A program made the translations under genes and the position numbers. Below the pieces are notes generated by a model, which was given only the letters and a program-made list of their open reading frames with translations, searched no databases and was not told the origin of the DNA. From an uncultured Acidimicrobiaceae bacterium (GTDB lineage: Bacteria; Actinomycetota; Acidimicrobiia; Spongiisociales; UBA5794): 64,000 bases of DNA. Shown in pieces: positions 30,543-40,681 of the stretch; the stretch's first letter is position 1; each line of letters starts with the position of its first letter. Where the stretch lies: assembly GCA_964460075.1 (NCBI GenBank), contig CAYWPC010000008.1, positions 19,872 to 83,871 on the forward strand, read 5' to 3'.

Positions 30543-30576
30543 AAGAAGGGCCGTCTCACATCGACGGCCCTTCTTC
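30543..30576 (+). terminator. Intrinsic terminator after the sigma factor
   Basis: Stem-loop AAGAAGGGCCGTC-N7-GACGGCCCTTCTT. Confidence 0.8.
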
Positions 30577-30630
30577 ATGGCAACAGCAGCACTGCGGATC
30601 TCCGCTGGAATACCTGGCCGCAACACCGGC

Positions 30631-30655
30631 TAGAATCTTGAGCGTTCACTCAAGA
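30631..30655 (+). promoter_or_regulatory. -10 box (TAGAAT) abutting a TTGAG-N6-CTCAA operator upstream of fadIJ
   Basis: TCTTGAG-CGTTCA-CTCAAGA palindrome, the same motif as at 14154-14205. Confidence 0.75.
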
Positions 30656-30664
30656 ATCGAGTTG

Positions 30665-31966
30665 ATGATGGCTTCTCCGAAAAAGCCGAGACGTGTTGCA
30701 ATCGTCGACGGTCTCAGAACCCCATTCGCAAAGTCTGCTTCGGGACCGCTCAGCGGTCAGTCGACATTGGATCTGTCGAGCACCGTGGTGCGAGAACTGA
30801 TCGCACGAAGCGGAATTGACGCTTCGACCGTCGACAGGCTCGTGTTCGGGTCCGTCGTCCAAGACGTCGACTCACCCAACGTTGCACGCGAGATCGTCCT
30901 CGCAGGCCCTCTGCCCGACACCGTAGACGCCTATTCGGTGACACGGGCTTGCGCCACATCGACGCAATCGTTCGTCGATGGCGCTCAAGCGATCCTGCTC
31001 GGTGACGCCGACATTGTGATCACCGGCGGGGCTGAGTCCCTGTCCAACCCACCGATCACGTACTCGGATGGGTTCACCGACGTTCTGCTCGAAGCGAACG
31101 CCGCTCGGGATCTCCCTGGAAAGGTTCGAGCCTTTGCACACCTCAGACCGAGAGACCTCGCTCCCCACACCCCAGCCATTGCAGAGCGATCCACGAATGA
31201 GACGATGGGCGACTCGGCTGAGAAGATGGCCAGGGAGAATGGCATCACCCGAATCGAGCAGGACACGTTCGCTCTTCGGTCTCATCGCAAGACAATCGAA
31301 GCATGGGAAGCGGGCATCTTCGACAACGAGGTCATGCCGTATCCGCTCCCTCCCCGCTTCAAGGACACCGTCGAGCAAGATACGATTCCCAGAGCCGACT
31401 CCACCTTGGAGAAGCTCTCAGGTCTCAAGCCCGTATTCGACCGAAGGTATGGATCGGTGACCGCCGGAAATTCGTCACCGCTGACCGACGGAGCTGCCGC
31501 CTTGCTCTTGATGGACGAGTCAGCGGCCAAGGCGCTGGGGTACGAACCGAAGGCGTATCTGGTGTCCTACGCCTTTGCGGCCCTTGACCCGAACTGGCAA
31601 CTCCTCATGGGTCCGGCGCTTGCAACGCCGGTCGCACTCGATCGGGCGGGCATGACACTCGGCGATCTCGACCTCATCGACATGCACGAGGCGTTTGCCG
31701 CTCAGATCCTCTCCAATGTCCAGGCATTCGCCTCTGACTCGTTCGCCAGAGAGCGGCTCGGCAGGGACAAGGCCATCGGCGAGATCGACTACGAGAAGTT
31801 CAACATCTATGGCGGGTCGATCTCGATAGGACATCCGTTCGGTGCAACGGGGGCCAGACAGATCATGACGATGGCGAACGAACTCGACAGACGTGGAGGC
31901 GGAACAGCCCTTGTCACGCAATGTGCCGCAGGTGGCCTCGGTGCCTCGGTCATCCTGGAGAGGTAA
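30665..31966 (+). CDS. fadI: 3-ketoacyl-CoA thiolase (FadI type)
   Basis: GLRTPFAK, TRACATS, GNSSPLTDGA, HEAFAAQ, GHPFGATG, CAAGGLG. Confidence 0.9.
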   Translation: MMASPKKPRRVAIVDGLRTPFAKSASGPLSGQSTLDLSSTVVRELIARSGIDASTVDRLVFGSVVQDVDSPNVAREIVLAGPLPDTVDAYSVTRACATSTQSFVDGAQAILLGDADIVITGGAESLSNPPITYSDGFTDVLLEANAARDLPGKVRAFAHLRPRDLAPHTPAIAERSTNETMGDSAEKMARENGITRIEQDTFALRSHRKTIEAWEAGIFDNEVMPYPLPPRFKDTVEQDTIPRADSTLEKLSGLKPVFDRRYGSVTAGNSSPLTDGAAALLLMDESAAKALGYEPKAYLVSYAFAALDPNWQLLMGPALATPVALDRAGMTLGDLDLIDMHEAFAAQILSNVQAFASDSFARERLGRDKAIGEIDYEKFNIYGGSISIGHPFGATGARQIMTMANELDRRGGGTALVTQCAAGGLGASVILER

Positions 31967-31969
31967 GAC

Positions 31970-34120
31970 ATGCCATTCACGAACTTCCACTTCGAAATAG
32001 ACGACCATGGCGTAGCGACCGTGCTGATCGACCGGCACGACGAATCGATGAACACCATTGGCGAGGAACTGCTACACGAGCTCTCAGACGTGATCGACCG
32101 TCTCGAGGAGTCAGATGTCAAGGCGATCGTGATCGGATCTGCAAAGAAGGATTTCCTTGCAGGAGCAGACATCCGCATGTTCAGCAACGTGTCGTCTGCA
32201 GATGAGGTCGTCGATGCGCTCAAGGCGCTCCACAACGTCTTCGATCGAATCGAAGATCTCCACACGGTCGCAGGAAAGCCCGTTGTTGCTGCCATCGACG
32301 GCGCCTGCCTTGGAGGTGGCCTCGAACTCGCTCTGACCGCCTCCACGCGGATCTGCACGAACAGTTCCGCTACACAGCTCGGCCAGCCAGAGGTGCAACT
32401 CGGGCTCATCCCCGCCGGGGGCGGCACACAGCGCCTGCCTGAGCTCATTGGTCTCGCTGCGGGCCTTGAGATGATCGTCGCAGGCAAGCCAGTGCGACCT
32501 CGCAAAGCACGAAAGCTAGCTCTTGTCGACGAGGTCGTCCCCGTCGAGGTACTTCTCGATGTGGCGAGGACGCGAGCTCGTGATGCAATCGACCAAGAGC
32601 CGCCCGAACGCGTCATCGCGCTCAACGTCTCGCCTGGCAACTTGCAGAAGCTCGTCCTTGAGAAGAATCCTGCTGGCCGCAAACTGCTGTTCAAGAAGGC
32701 CACAGACATGATGATGAGCCGAACCGGTGGCCACTACCCAGCTCCCCAACGCGCCATCGAGGCAATCCGCATCGGAGCCGAACAAGGGCGCGCAGCCGGG
32801 GTTGCAGCCGAAATACGGTTCTTTGCTGAGTTGGTTCTCACACCCGAGTCTGAGGCGCTCCGCTCAATCTTCTTCGCAACACAAGAGCTGAAGGCCGACA
32901 CCGGCGTGGACGGTGACGTCAAAGCACGAGACGTCAAGCACGTCGCCGTTCTCGGAGGAGGCCTCATGGGCGGAGGAATCGCCGCGGTGTCCGCCGTGAA
33001 TGCAGGTGCCATCGTACGCATCAAGGAAGTCGACAATGCCGGGGTGGCACGTGGGCTCGGCTACGTGTCCAAGGTCGTGGCCAAGCGAGCCAGGCGGCGT
33101 CGGATGTCACCATTCGAGGTCGAGAAGATCATGAACAGGGTGAGTGGGTCTTCTAGCTGGGCCGGCTTCTCGAACACCGATATGGTGATCGAGGCTGTGT
33201 TCGAGGATCTCGACGTGAAGCGAACGATCCTTCAGGAGTCCGAAGCTGTAACGGGTCCCGACACCATCTTCGCGTCGAACACATCGTCACTCCCCATCAC
33301 CGAGATCGCTGCGGTGGCTCAGCGCAAGGAGAACGTCGTCGGCATGCACTACTTCTCACCGGTCGAGAAGATGCCGCTCCTCGAGGTCGTGACAACGGAT
33401 GCCACCAGCGATGAAGCGACAGCCACTGCGGTTGCCTTCGGCAAAGCTCAAGGCAAAACAGTCATCGTCGTCAATGACGGAACGGCGTTCTACACGACCC
33501 GAGTACTTGGACCGTATTCGAACGAAGCGGCATACCTACTCGAGGAGGGAGCCTCCATCGAGGATATCGACGGCGCTATGAAGGAATGGGGATTCCCCGT
33601 TGGGCCGTTGCTTCTCGCTGACGAGGTCGGCATCGATGTTGGCGCCCACATCGCCCTCATCCTCACCGACGCGTTCGGCGACCGGATGCGGGGACCGGCG
33701 ATGATGGAGGGCTTGATCGCCGACAACCGAAAGGGTCGCAAGAACGGCAGGGGCTTCTATCTGTATGACAATGGTGAACGCAAAGGCGTCGACGAATCGG
33801 TGTATAGCGCCCTCGGACTCGGTCCACGGAGCCACGTCGACCAGCGTGACATCGCGCAACGAATGTCGCTTGCGTTCATCAACGAAGCCGCCCGCTGCCT
33901 CCAAGACGGTGTCCTGCGATCTGCCAGGGACGGCGACATCGGTGCAGTCTTCGGCCTTGGTTACCCGCCGTTCCGCGGTGGGCCGTTCTGGACTGTTGAC
34001 CACATCGGAGCAGACGTCGTCGTCGAGCAACTGATCGTCCTCGCAGCCAAGCACGGTGACCGCTTCGAACCTGCGCAAATCCTTCGCGACCACGCAGCGT
34101 CAGGTGAGAACTTCAGGTAG
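31970..34120 (+). CDS. fadJ: Fatty-acid oxidation complex alpha subunit (hydratase plus 3-hydroxyacyl-CoA dehydrogenase)
   Basis: AGADI, CLGGGLE, PEVQLGL, GGGLMGGG, EAVFEDL, SNTSSLP, GMHYFSPVEKMPLLE, GYPPFRGGP. Confidence 0.92.
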   Translation: MPFTNFHFEIDDHGVATVLIDRHDESMNTIGEELLHELSDVIDRLEESDVKAIVIGSAKKDFLAGADIRMFSNVSSADEVVDALKALHNVFDRIEDLHTVAGKPVVAAIDGACLGGGLELALTASTRICTNSSATQLGQPEVQLGLIPAGGGTQRLPELIGLAAGLEMIVAGKPVRPRKARKLALVDEVVPVEVLLDVARTRARDAIDQEPPERVIALNVSPGNLQKLVLEKNPAGRKLLFKKATDMMMSRTGGHYPAPQRAIEAIRIGAEQGRAAGVAAEIRFFAELVLTPESEALRSIFFATQELKADTGVDGDVKARDVKHVAVLGGGLMGGGIAAVSAVNAGAIVRIKEVDNAGVARGLGYVSKVVAKRARRRRMSPFEVEKIMNRVSGSSSWAGFSNTDMVIEAVFEDLDVKRTILQESEAVTGPDTIFASNTSSLPITEIAAVAQRKENVVGMHYFSPVEKMPLLEVVTTDATSDEATATAVAFGKAQGKTVIVVNDGTAFYTTRVLGPYSNEAAYLLEEGASIEDIDGAMKEWGFPVGPLLLADEVGIDVGAHIALILTDAFGDRMRGPAMMEGLIADNRKGRKNGRGFYLYDNGERKGVDESVYSALGLGPRSHVDQRDIAQRMSLAFINEAARCLQDGVLRSARDGDIGAVFGLGYPPFRGGPFWTVDHIGADVVVEQLIVLAAKHGDRFEPAQILRDHAASGENFR

Positions 34121-34334
34121 GCAACCACACGGCTTCACCTGGGCTGCTGACCTTCGGCATGCCGTCTAGCGCGTTGCATTGCGCACCATTCGTGGAGAAA
34201 GTGCGCAATGGCATACGTCGAAAACAGCACCAGGCCACCAAAGACAACGAGCGACATCATGGCCTCAGCGTATCAACGTGGCTGACATCGCGACCCTGCG
34301 TCGCGACCATCTGTCATCGGTCTACTGTGGTGGA

Positions 34335-35504
34335 ATGCCGCACGAGTTTCGTCTTCCTGACATTGGCGAGGGCCTCACCGAGGCCGAGATCGTCCAGTGG
34401 TTTGTTTCTGAAGGTGACACCATCGAAGTGGATGCACCGGTCATCGAAATCGAGACTGCAAAGACATCGGTCGAGATCACGGCACCACACGCAGGAACCG
34501 TCCTCGCACTGGGCGGAGCACCGGGAGACACGATCAATGTCGGCGAGATCCTCTTCGTGGTCGGAGAGAAGGGCGAGACTGTGAAAGCACCCGTCGCCCT
34601 TTCAAGGGCGACGGCAGAGCGAGGAACGAGCGAGGCAGGGGGATCGTCGGTGGAACCCCCCTCGCCCGACGACTCGCTCGTCCCCCCTGAAAAGCCGACG
34701 GCAGGCGTCAAGGCCATGCCGGTTGTGAGGAAGCTCGCAGGGGAAAAAGGTGTCGACCTCACAACGATCGTAGGTACTGGTCCCGGCGGTGCCATCACGC
34801 GGGCGGACGTCGAGAGGAGGGCTCAGTCCGGTGCGGCCCAACAGGTCACACCGCTCAGCCGGAAGCGCAAGGCCATCGCCCGCCACATGGCCGAGTCGTG
34901 GGCGACGATCCCGCACGTCACGATCCAGGCAGACGTGAGGGCAGAGGAGCTCCTTGCTGCAAGAAAGCTCCGCGCCTTCAAGGACTGGCCGATCGAGCCC
35001 CTCGTTGCCATGGCGGTACTCCCGCTTCTCAAGCGGTATCGCGAATTCAACGCATCGATGCACGGCGACGCTGTTGCATACAGGGACCGCTACAACCTCG
35101 GCTTCGCGATTGATACCGAGGCGGGGCTCATGGTCGTCGTCGTCAAAGATGCGGACCAGCTGTCATTCGACGAGATCGCTACCGATTTCGAACGCCTGAA
35201 AGTCGCAGCCCTCGCCGGGACGCTCACGCCAGGTGAGGTCACAGGCGGCACGTTCACGATCTCAAACATCGGCGCACTCGGTGGAGGCCACGGCACGCCG
35301 ATCATCCCTGTGGGAACAACGGCGATTCTGTCGATCGGAAGGGCGAAGGAGGTACCGGTCGCAGACGAGGGGGTGCTCGCATTGGGATTCGTCGCCCCTA
35401 TCGACCTGTCATTCGACCATCGCCTCATCGATGGCAGCCTCGGCCAGCGCTTCCTCAACGACCTCGTCACTAATCTCACTGACGTCGCGGTCATGCGTGT
35501 GTGA
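34335..35504 (+). CDS. Dihydrolipoamide acyltransferase (E2) of a 2-oxo-acid dehydrogenase
   Basis: LPDIGEGL, lipoyl motif ETAKT, subunit-binding domain PVVRKLA...GTGPGG, catalytic DHRLIDG. Confidence 0.92.
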   Translation: MPHEFRLPDIGEGLTEAEIVQWFVSEGDTIEVDAPVIEIETAKTSVEITAPHAGTVLALGGAPGDTINVGEILFVVGEKGETVKAPVALSRATAERGTSEAGGSSVEPPSPDDSLVPPEKPTAGVKAMPVVRKLAGEKGVDLTTIVGTGPGGAITRADVERRAQSGAAQQVTPLSRKRKAIARHMAESWATIPHVTIQADVRAEELLAARKLRAFKDWPIEPLVAMAVLPLLKRYREFNASMHGDAVAYRDRYNLGFAIDTEAGLMVVVVKDADQLSFDEIATDFERLKVAALAGTLTPGEVTGGTFTISNIGALGGGHGTPIIPVGTTAILSIGRAKEVPVADEGVLALGFVAPIDLSFDHRLIDGSLGQRFLNDLVTNLTDVAVMRV

Positions 35505-35512
35505 CCGGTCGC

Positions 35513-38362
35513 TCAATCCTCGTAATCCTCGACCGGTGGGCAGGCACAAAACACGTTGCGATCGCCGTATGCGTTGTCGATGCGCCCAACCGGCACCCAG
35601 TATTTCCACTGACGAAGGCTTGCGACCGGGTACCCAGCCTGCTCCCTCGTGTAGGGACGAGACCATTGCTCGACCATGAGATCTTCTGCTGTGTGCGGGG
35701 AGTTCGCCAGCGCAGATTCCTCCGCAGACACCTCACCAGCCGCGACAGCGTCGATCTCAGCCTTGATCGCAATCATCGCGTCAACGAATCGATCGATTTC
35801 GTATTTCGACTCTGACTCGGTCGGCTCGACCATCAACGTGCCCGCAACCGGGAACGACATCGTCGGGGCGTGAAAGCCGAAGTCGATAAGACGCTTGGCG
35901 ATGTCCTCATTGGTGATCCCTGTATCGTGCTCGATACCACGGATGTCAATGATGCATTCATGGGCGACGAGGCCACCGGGTCCTGTGTAGAGGACCCGGT
36001 AGTGCGGCGCGAGGCGTTTAGCAATGTAGTTGGCATTCAGGATCGCGGTCTCTGTCGACCTTCTGAGCCCGAGCGGCCCGAGCATTGCAATGTACATCCA
36101 CGATATTGCAAGCACGCCTGCCGATCCCCACGGAGCCGACGACACGGCGTGGCGCTCGCCGTCCACACCCGAGAGATTCGGCACGAGGCCGTGGCCTGGC
36201 AAGTACGGAGCAAGATGCGCCTTCACACCGATCGGGCCGACGCCAGGGCCACCCCCACCGTGTGGGATAGCAAACGTCTTGTGTAGGTTGAGATGCGAAA
36301 CGTCGGAGCCAAACGATCCCGGTTCGGCAATGCCAACCATTGCATTGAGGTTGGCGCCGTCGAGATACACCTGCCCACCGTGACGATGCACGATATCGCA
36401 GATCTCGACGATCGACTCCTCAAACACACCATGTGTTGACGGGTAAGTGACCATGATCGCCGCCAGACGGTCCGCGTTGGCCTTGGCCTTCTCTTCGAGA
36501 TCAGCCACATCGATATTGCCGCGATCGTCACATGAGACAACGACGACCTTCATCCCTGCCATCACAGCCGAAGCTGGGTTCGTGCCATGGGCTGAGGACG
36601 GAATCAGACACACATCGCGATGTGGCTCACCGTTCGCTTCGTGGTAGCCGCGGATCGCGAGCAGTCCAGAGAATTCTCCTTGGGCACCAGAGTTCGGCTG
36701 AACCGATACGGCGTCGTAGCCGGTGATCGAAGCCAGCCACGATTCCAGTTCGTCAATGATCTCGAGATAGCCGCTCGCCTGGTCGAGTGGCACGAAAGGG
36801 TGCATATCGGTGAACTCCGGCCATGTGATCGGTGCCATCTCTGCCGAGGCGTTGAGCTTCATCGTGCAAGACCCGAGTGGGATCATCGAGCGGTCCAGGG
36901 CAATGTCTTTGTCCTGGAGGCGACGCAGGTAGCGCAGCATCTCCGTCTCTGAGCGGTATCGGTGAAACGTCGGGTGCTCGAGGAAGGTGGAAGTTCGCGT
37001 CAGACCTTTCGGGATCCCGGACGCTGTGTCGACAGCGGGCGTGGCGTCGACACCGAATATGTGGCAGAGAGCGTCAATGTCTGCCTCTGTGACGGTCTCG
37101 TCAAGGGATACGCCGACGGTCGTGCTGTCGACGGGACGAAGGTTGATCGTGTGCTGTCGTGCCTTCGCAAGGGTCGCATCTGCATCCAGCACCTTCACCG
37201 TGAGCGTGTCGAACCACGAATCGTTGGTGATACTCACCCCGCCTGCGATGAGGCGGGCAGCGAGCTGGTTCGTCCACCCGTGGATTCGTTCCGCAATCTC
37301 AGTGATCCCTTCTGGCCCGTGGTACGCAACGTACAAACCTGCCATGACGGCGAGCAGCACCTGTGCCGTGCAGATATTTGAGGTCGCCTTGTCCCTCCGG
37401 ATGTGCTGTTCGCGAGTTTGGAGCGTCAAGCGCAGGCCAGTTCTCCCTGCAGAGTCGACCGATACCCCGACGAGACGCCCAGGCATCGATCGCTTGTGGG
37501 CATCGCGCGTCGCCATGAACGCTGCGTGCGGCCCGCCGAACATCAGCGGAACGCCGAAGCGTTGCGATGAACCGATTGCCACGTCGGCGCCAAGCTCACC
37601 CGCGGGTATGAGAAGGGTTGACGCGAGCAGGTCGGTTGCAACGGCGACGAGGGCGCCTGCCTCGTGTGCACTCTCGATGATTGGCGCGATGTCGGGTATG
37701 CGGCCGGATGAACCCGGATACTGGAGCAGGACCCCGAACACAGCGCTCGGGTCTAGGTCCGTCTCGGGGTCCCCTACGATGATTTCGAAGCCGAGCGGAA
37801 TCGCACGCGTCGTAACGACGTCGATGGTCTGTGGGTGACAGTCACGGTCGACGAAGAATGCTGTGTTCTTGTTGTTGCGACCGACCCGCTTGATGAGCGT
37901 CATCGCCTCCGCCGCAGCAGTGCCCTCGTCGAGCAGGGACGAGTTCGCGATCTCGAGGCCTGTCAAATCGGTCACTGCCGTTTGGAAGTTCAGGAGCGCC
38001 TCGAGGCGTCCCTGGGATATCTCGGGCTGGTACGGCGTGTAGGCGGTGTACCAGCCAGGGTTCTCAAGAACGTTGCGCTGAATGACGCCAGGCGTGGTCG
38101 TGCCGTAGTACCCCATGCCGATGAGCGATCGGTACACGACGTTGTTGTCTGCGGCGCGCCTGATGCGCGTAAGGGCGTCGACCTCGCTCAATGGGCCATC
38201 GACAGACGGCAGCCGGTGCGAACGAATCGTCTCTGGCACTGCAGCGTCGATGAGGGCGTCGAGTGTTGGATGCCCTACGACCTCGAGCATGGATGCAAGA
38301 TCGGCCATCCTCGGTCCGATGTGACGCGATGCGAAGGCTCCGAGTTGGGGGTTTGCTGACAT
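35513..38362 (-). CDS. gcvP: Glycine dehydrogenase (decarboxylating), single-chain P protein
   Basis: [31 protein letters not shown] motif HLNLHKTF; ATG at 38362 below the riboswitch. Confidence 0.95.
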   Translation of the reverse strand: MSANPQLGAFASRHIGPRMADLASMLEVVGHPTLDALIDAAVPETIRSHRLPSVDGPLSEVDALTRIRRAADNNVVYRSLIGMGYYGTTTPGVIQRNVLENPGWYTAYTPYQPEISQGRLEALLNFQTAVTDLTGLEIANSSLLDEGTAAAEAMTLIKRVGRNNKNTAFFVDRDCHPQTIDVVTTRAIPLGFEIIVGDPETDLDPSAVFGVLLQYPGSSGRIPDIAPIIESAHEAGALVAVATDLLASTLLIPAGELGADVAIGSSQRFGVPLMFGGPHAAFMATRDAHKRSMPGRLVGVSVDSAGRTGLRLTLQTREQHIRRDKATSNICTAQVLLAVMAGLYVAYHGPEGITEIAERIHGWTNQLAARLIAGGVSITNDSWFDTLTVKVLDADATLAKARQHTINLRPVDSTTVGVSLDETVTEADIDALCHIFGVDATPAVDTASGIPKGLTRTSTFLEHPTFHRYRSETEMLRYLRRLQDKDIALDRSMIPLGSCTMKLNASAEMAPITWPEFTDMHPFVPLDQASGYLEIIDELESWLASITGYDAVSVQPNSGAQGEFSGLLAIRGYHEANGEPHRDVCLIPSSAHGTNPASAVMAGMKVVVVSCDDRGNIDVADLEEKAKANADRLAAIMVTYPSTHGVFEESIVEICDIVHRHGGQVYLDGANLNAMVGIAEPGSFGSDVSHLNLHKTFAIPHGGGGPGVGPIGVKAHLAPYLPGHGLVPNLSGVDGERHAVSSAPWGSAGVLAISWMYIAMLGPLGLRRSTETAILNANYIAKRLAPHYRVLYTGPGGLVAHECIIDIRGIEHDTGITNEDIAKRLIDFGFHAPTMSFPVAGTLMVEPTESESKYEIDRFVDAMIAIKAEIDAVAAGEVSAEESALANSPHTAEDLMVEQWSRPYTREQAGYPVASLRQWKYWVPVGRIDNAYGDRNVFCACPPVEDYED

Positions 38363-38391
38363 CGGCTGCTCCTCAGGGTACGACGAAACTC

Positions 38392-38568
38392 GTGCCCCGT
38401 CTGTCGTACAACCTGAGAGATTCACCGCCCTACAGCGGCTTTCACCTTCGGTGAGGGGTCTGCCCTGCTTTCCAGAGGTGCCTCTTCCTCGCGGTCCTTG
38501 TGCCTGAGAGATTCCCGGGACGGTTGCTCCTTCGGCGCCGGCCTGCCGACTCTCCCGCGAGGCGTCAC
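38392..38568 (-). ncRNA. Tandem glycine riboswitch
   Basis: Two aptamers upstream of gcvP: GGGAGAG...GCCGAAGGAGCAA...AATCTCTCAGG and CTCTGGAAAG...CACCGAAGGTGAA...AATCTCTCAGGT. Confidence 0.93.
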
Positions 38569-38593
38569 CAGCCCCCAAAGCGTACCAGTTCCC

Positions 38594-38670
38594 CACCCCG
38601 ATCTGGACTCTTGCGTAGATAGCCGCAACATGTTGCGGCTATCTACGCAAGACACCGGGGGAGAGTGTGC
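38594..38670 (+). repeat. REP-like palindromic element, copy A (44-bp perfect palindrome at 38609-38652)
   Basis: CACCCCGATCTGGAC-TCTTGCGTAGATAGCCGCAACATGTTGCGGCTATCTACGCAAGA-CACCGGGGGAGAGTGTGC. Confidence 0.95.
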
Positions 38671-38696
38671 AACGCTAGGGACTTCTCCAACGTGGA

Positions 38697-39161
38697 TTGG
38701 GTGTGGGCGACAGGGACGAAATGATCTACAACACCCTCAGCGGAGAACTGGTCAGGTACGCAAGCGCACTCGTGGGCCCCGATGACGGCCCCGACCTGTT
38801 GTCTGCTGTGATCACGCGCGTGCTGAGCAAACGCTGCCTCTCGGATCTAGACGATCCCCGTATGTATCTCTTCAGGGCGATCGGCAACGAGGCGCGTTCC
38901 CACAAACGTCGCTACGCCAAACGGCAGGTCGTCAGGCTCGACATCCCGAGCACCGTCACCCCGGTGGAACTCGACACAGCACTTGATGCCGTGATGGACC
39001 TGCCCACGCAGCAACGCTCCGCCACCTACCTGGTGTACTGGCTCGGCTACACACCGACCGAGGCCGCCGAGGCAATCGGCTGCAGACCTGGCACCGTGCG
39101 CCGCTACCTCTACCTGGCGAGGACCAAGCTCAAGGAGGTACTCGATGCCCCTCAGCGATGA
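38697..39161 (+). CDS. ECF sigma factor
   Basis: Region 2 LVRYASAL...YLFRAIGN and region 4 LPTQQRSATYLVYWLGYTPTEAAEAIGCRPGTVRRYLYLARTKL; exact start uncertain. Confidence 0.85.
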   Translation: MGVGDRDEMIYNTLSGELVRYASALVGPDDGPDLLSAVITRVLSKRCLSDLDDPRMYLFRAIGNEARSHKRRYAKRQVVRLDIPSTVTPVELDTALDAVMDLPTQQRSATYLVYWLGYTPTEAAEAIGCRPGTVRRYLYLARTKLKEVLDAPQR

Positions 39162-40674
39162 TCAATCCAGAGACATCTTCCGGAACGTCTTCGAGCACAC
39201 CGACACGAAGGCGCAAGACGCTCCGCAATGGTCTTGTATCCCGAAGCCTGTCACGACGCGGCCCGCACGATGGCGAGGCCCCACGATCGCTGTTGCAGCA
39301 GCAGCTGCCGTTCTCATCGTGGTGGGTATCGCCGCGATCCCCTCGCCATGGTTCCGAGCTGCATCCTCCCCCGTGGGAGGGAGCGCCGAAGGATCTGCGG
39401 TGGCAGTCAGGGATGGCGTAGTCCTTGCCATTGGTCTCGCGGACGACATCGGTGCTAACCAGTTCGAGCGCGTCGTTGAGGTGCTCACGACCGATCCTCG
39501 CGTGCTCGACTGGCGATACGTTGACAAGACAGAGGCGTATGAGGAGGCGTTGATCCAGTGGGCCGGCAGCGAGAGCACGATGCGGGTACTCCGCGGGAAC
39601 TCGAGTCTTCTCCCTGCGACCCTCCGGCTGCTCACCGCTAACCAGGCGGATGCGAAGGCAATCCAGGTTCTCGCTATGGAGACGTTCCCACCGCCGACGT
39701 CCGGCGTTATGGGCTCCGCCGCTTGGCGTGGCACGCTTGCGAGCCGTCAGCCAAGCATCTCGCTATCTGGTCTACACACCTACACCAGCGAGGAGCATGG
39801 CTTCGAGATCGCGTACCCGGTCGACTGGTACCAGGCCGATGAGATCCTCGCTCCCGGCTTGACGTCGCCACCTCAACAGATCGAAGAAGTGTTGTCGCTT
39901 GGTACCTATCCGCTCCGCCCTGGTGCATCACGTTGCCCGAACATCCCTGAGAATGCCCTGCTGGATCTCGGACCCGAAGATGTCCTCATCTCGATCGTCC
40001 TCGGCAACGGGAGTGGCGACGCTCCATGGCCGAACGCATTCGGTCCCGACAGCTTCCTCCCGACAGATGTGCCGATCGACGCTCAGACCTGTATCGGCCA
40101 ACCAGATCTGGATGCCCGATGGGGGTCCTTCGATCTCGACGGTCGAGGCGTTGACATATTCGTAGCATTCGGGAAGTTCGCCACTCCGGAGAAGCGGATA
40201 CAGACATGGCAGGTCCTTGACTCGTTCACATGGACGTCCCTCAGGTGGGAGGCAATGTCCACCACTACCACGACGGCGCCACCGACGGCCTGCCCAGTCA
40301 CCATCCCTCCCCAACCGGGGCTCGCGCCACCAGTCGGGTACCCGGCAACACCTGCGTTCGGGGTCTGGTTCGGGACGGAGGAGCTTTGGACCGTGCTCGA
40401 AGTTGACGGCAACTACAGACCGCGCAAGACCGTGCTTTGGAGCATCAACTTCCCTGGCGGGGCAGAGGAGGAGCGTCCCAGAGTTGACGTCACATGGACG
40501 CGAATCGACGTTCTCGGCGAACCAATCTCGAATGAAGCTGCGGCGACGAACGCCTACACGCCGGAAGACGGCAACTTCATGATCGCAGGCATCGACCCAG
40601 ACGAGCAAGGCTGCTGGCAGGTCAGGGCCACCTACAAGGGTGCCACGCTCACCTATGTATATCTCGTACCGTAG
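39145..40674 (+). CDS. Membrane-anchored putative anti-sigma/sensor protein with an FtsX-extracellular-domain-like segment
   Basis: Short cytoplasmic N-terminus, TM helix, YVDKTEAYEE...LPATLRL segment, Thr/Pro linker; overlaps the ECF stop. Confidence 0.7.
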   Translation: MPLSDDQSRDIFRNVFEHTDTKAQDAPQWSCIPKPVTTRPARWRGPTIAVAAAAAVLIVVGIAAIPSPWFRAASSPVGGSAEGSAVAVRDGVVLAIGLADDIGANQFERVVEVLTTDPRVLDWRYVDKTEAYEEALIQWAGSESTMRVLRGNSSLLPATLRLLTANQADAKAIQVLAMETFPPPTSGVMGSAAWRGTLASRQPSISLSGLHTYTSEEHGFEIAYPVDWYQADEILAPGLTSPPQQIEEVLSLGTYPLRPGASRCPNIPENALLDLGPEDVLISIVLGNGSGDAPWPNAFGPDSFLPTDVPIDAQTCIGQPDLDARWGSFDLDGRGVDIFVAFGKFATPEKRIQTWQVLDSFTWTSLRWEAMSTTTTTAPPTACPVTIPPQPGLAPPVGYPATPAFGVWFGTEELWTVLEVDGNYRPRKTVLWSINFPGGAEEERPRVDVTWTRIDVLGEPISNEAAATNAYTPEDGNFMIAGIDPDEQGCWQVRATYKGATLTYVYLVP

Positions 40675-40681
40675 ATACCAA

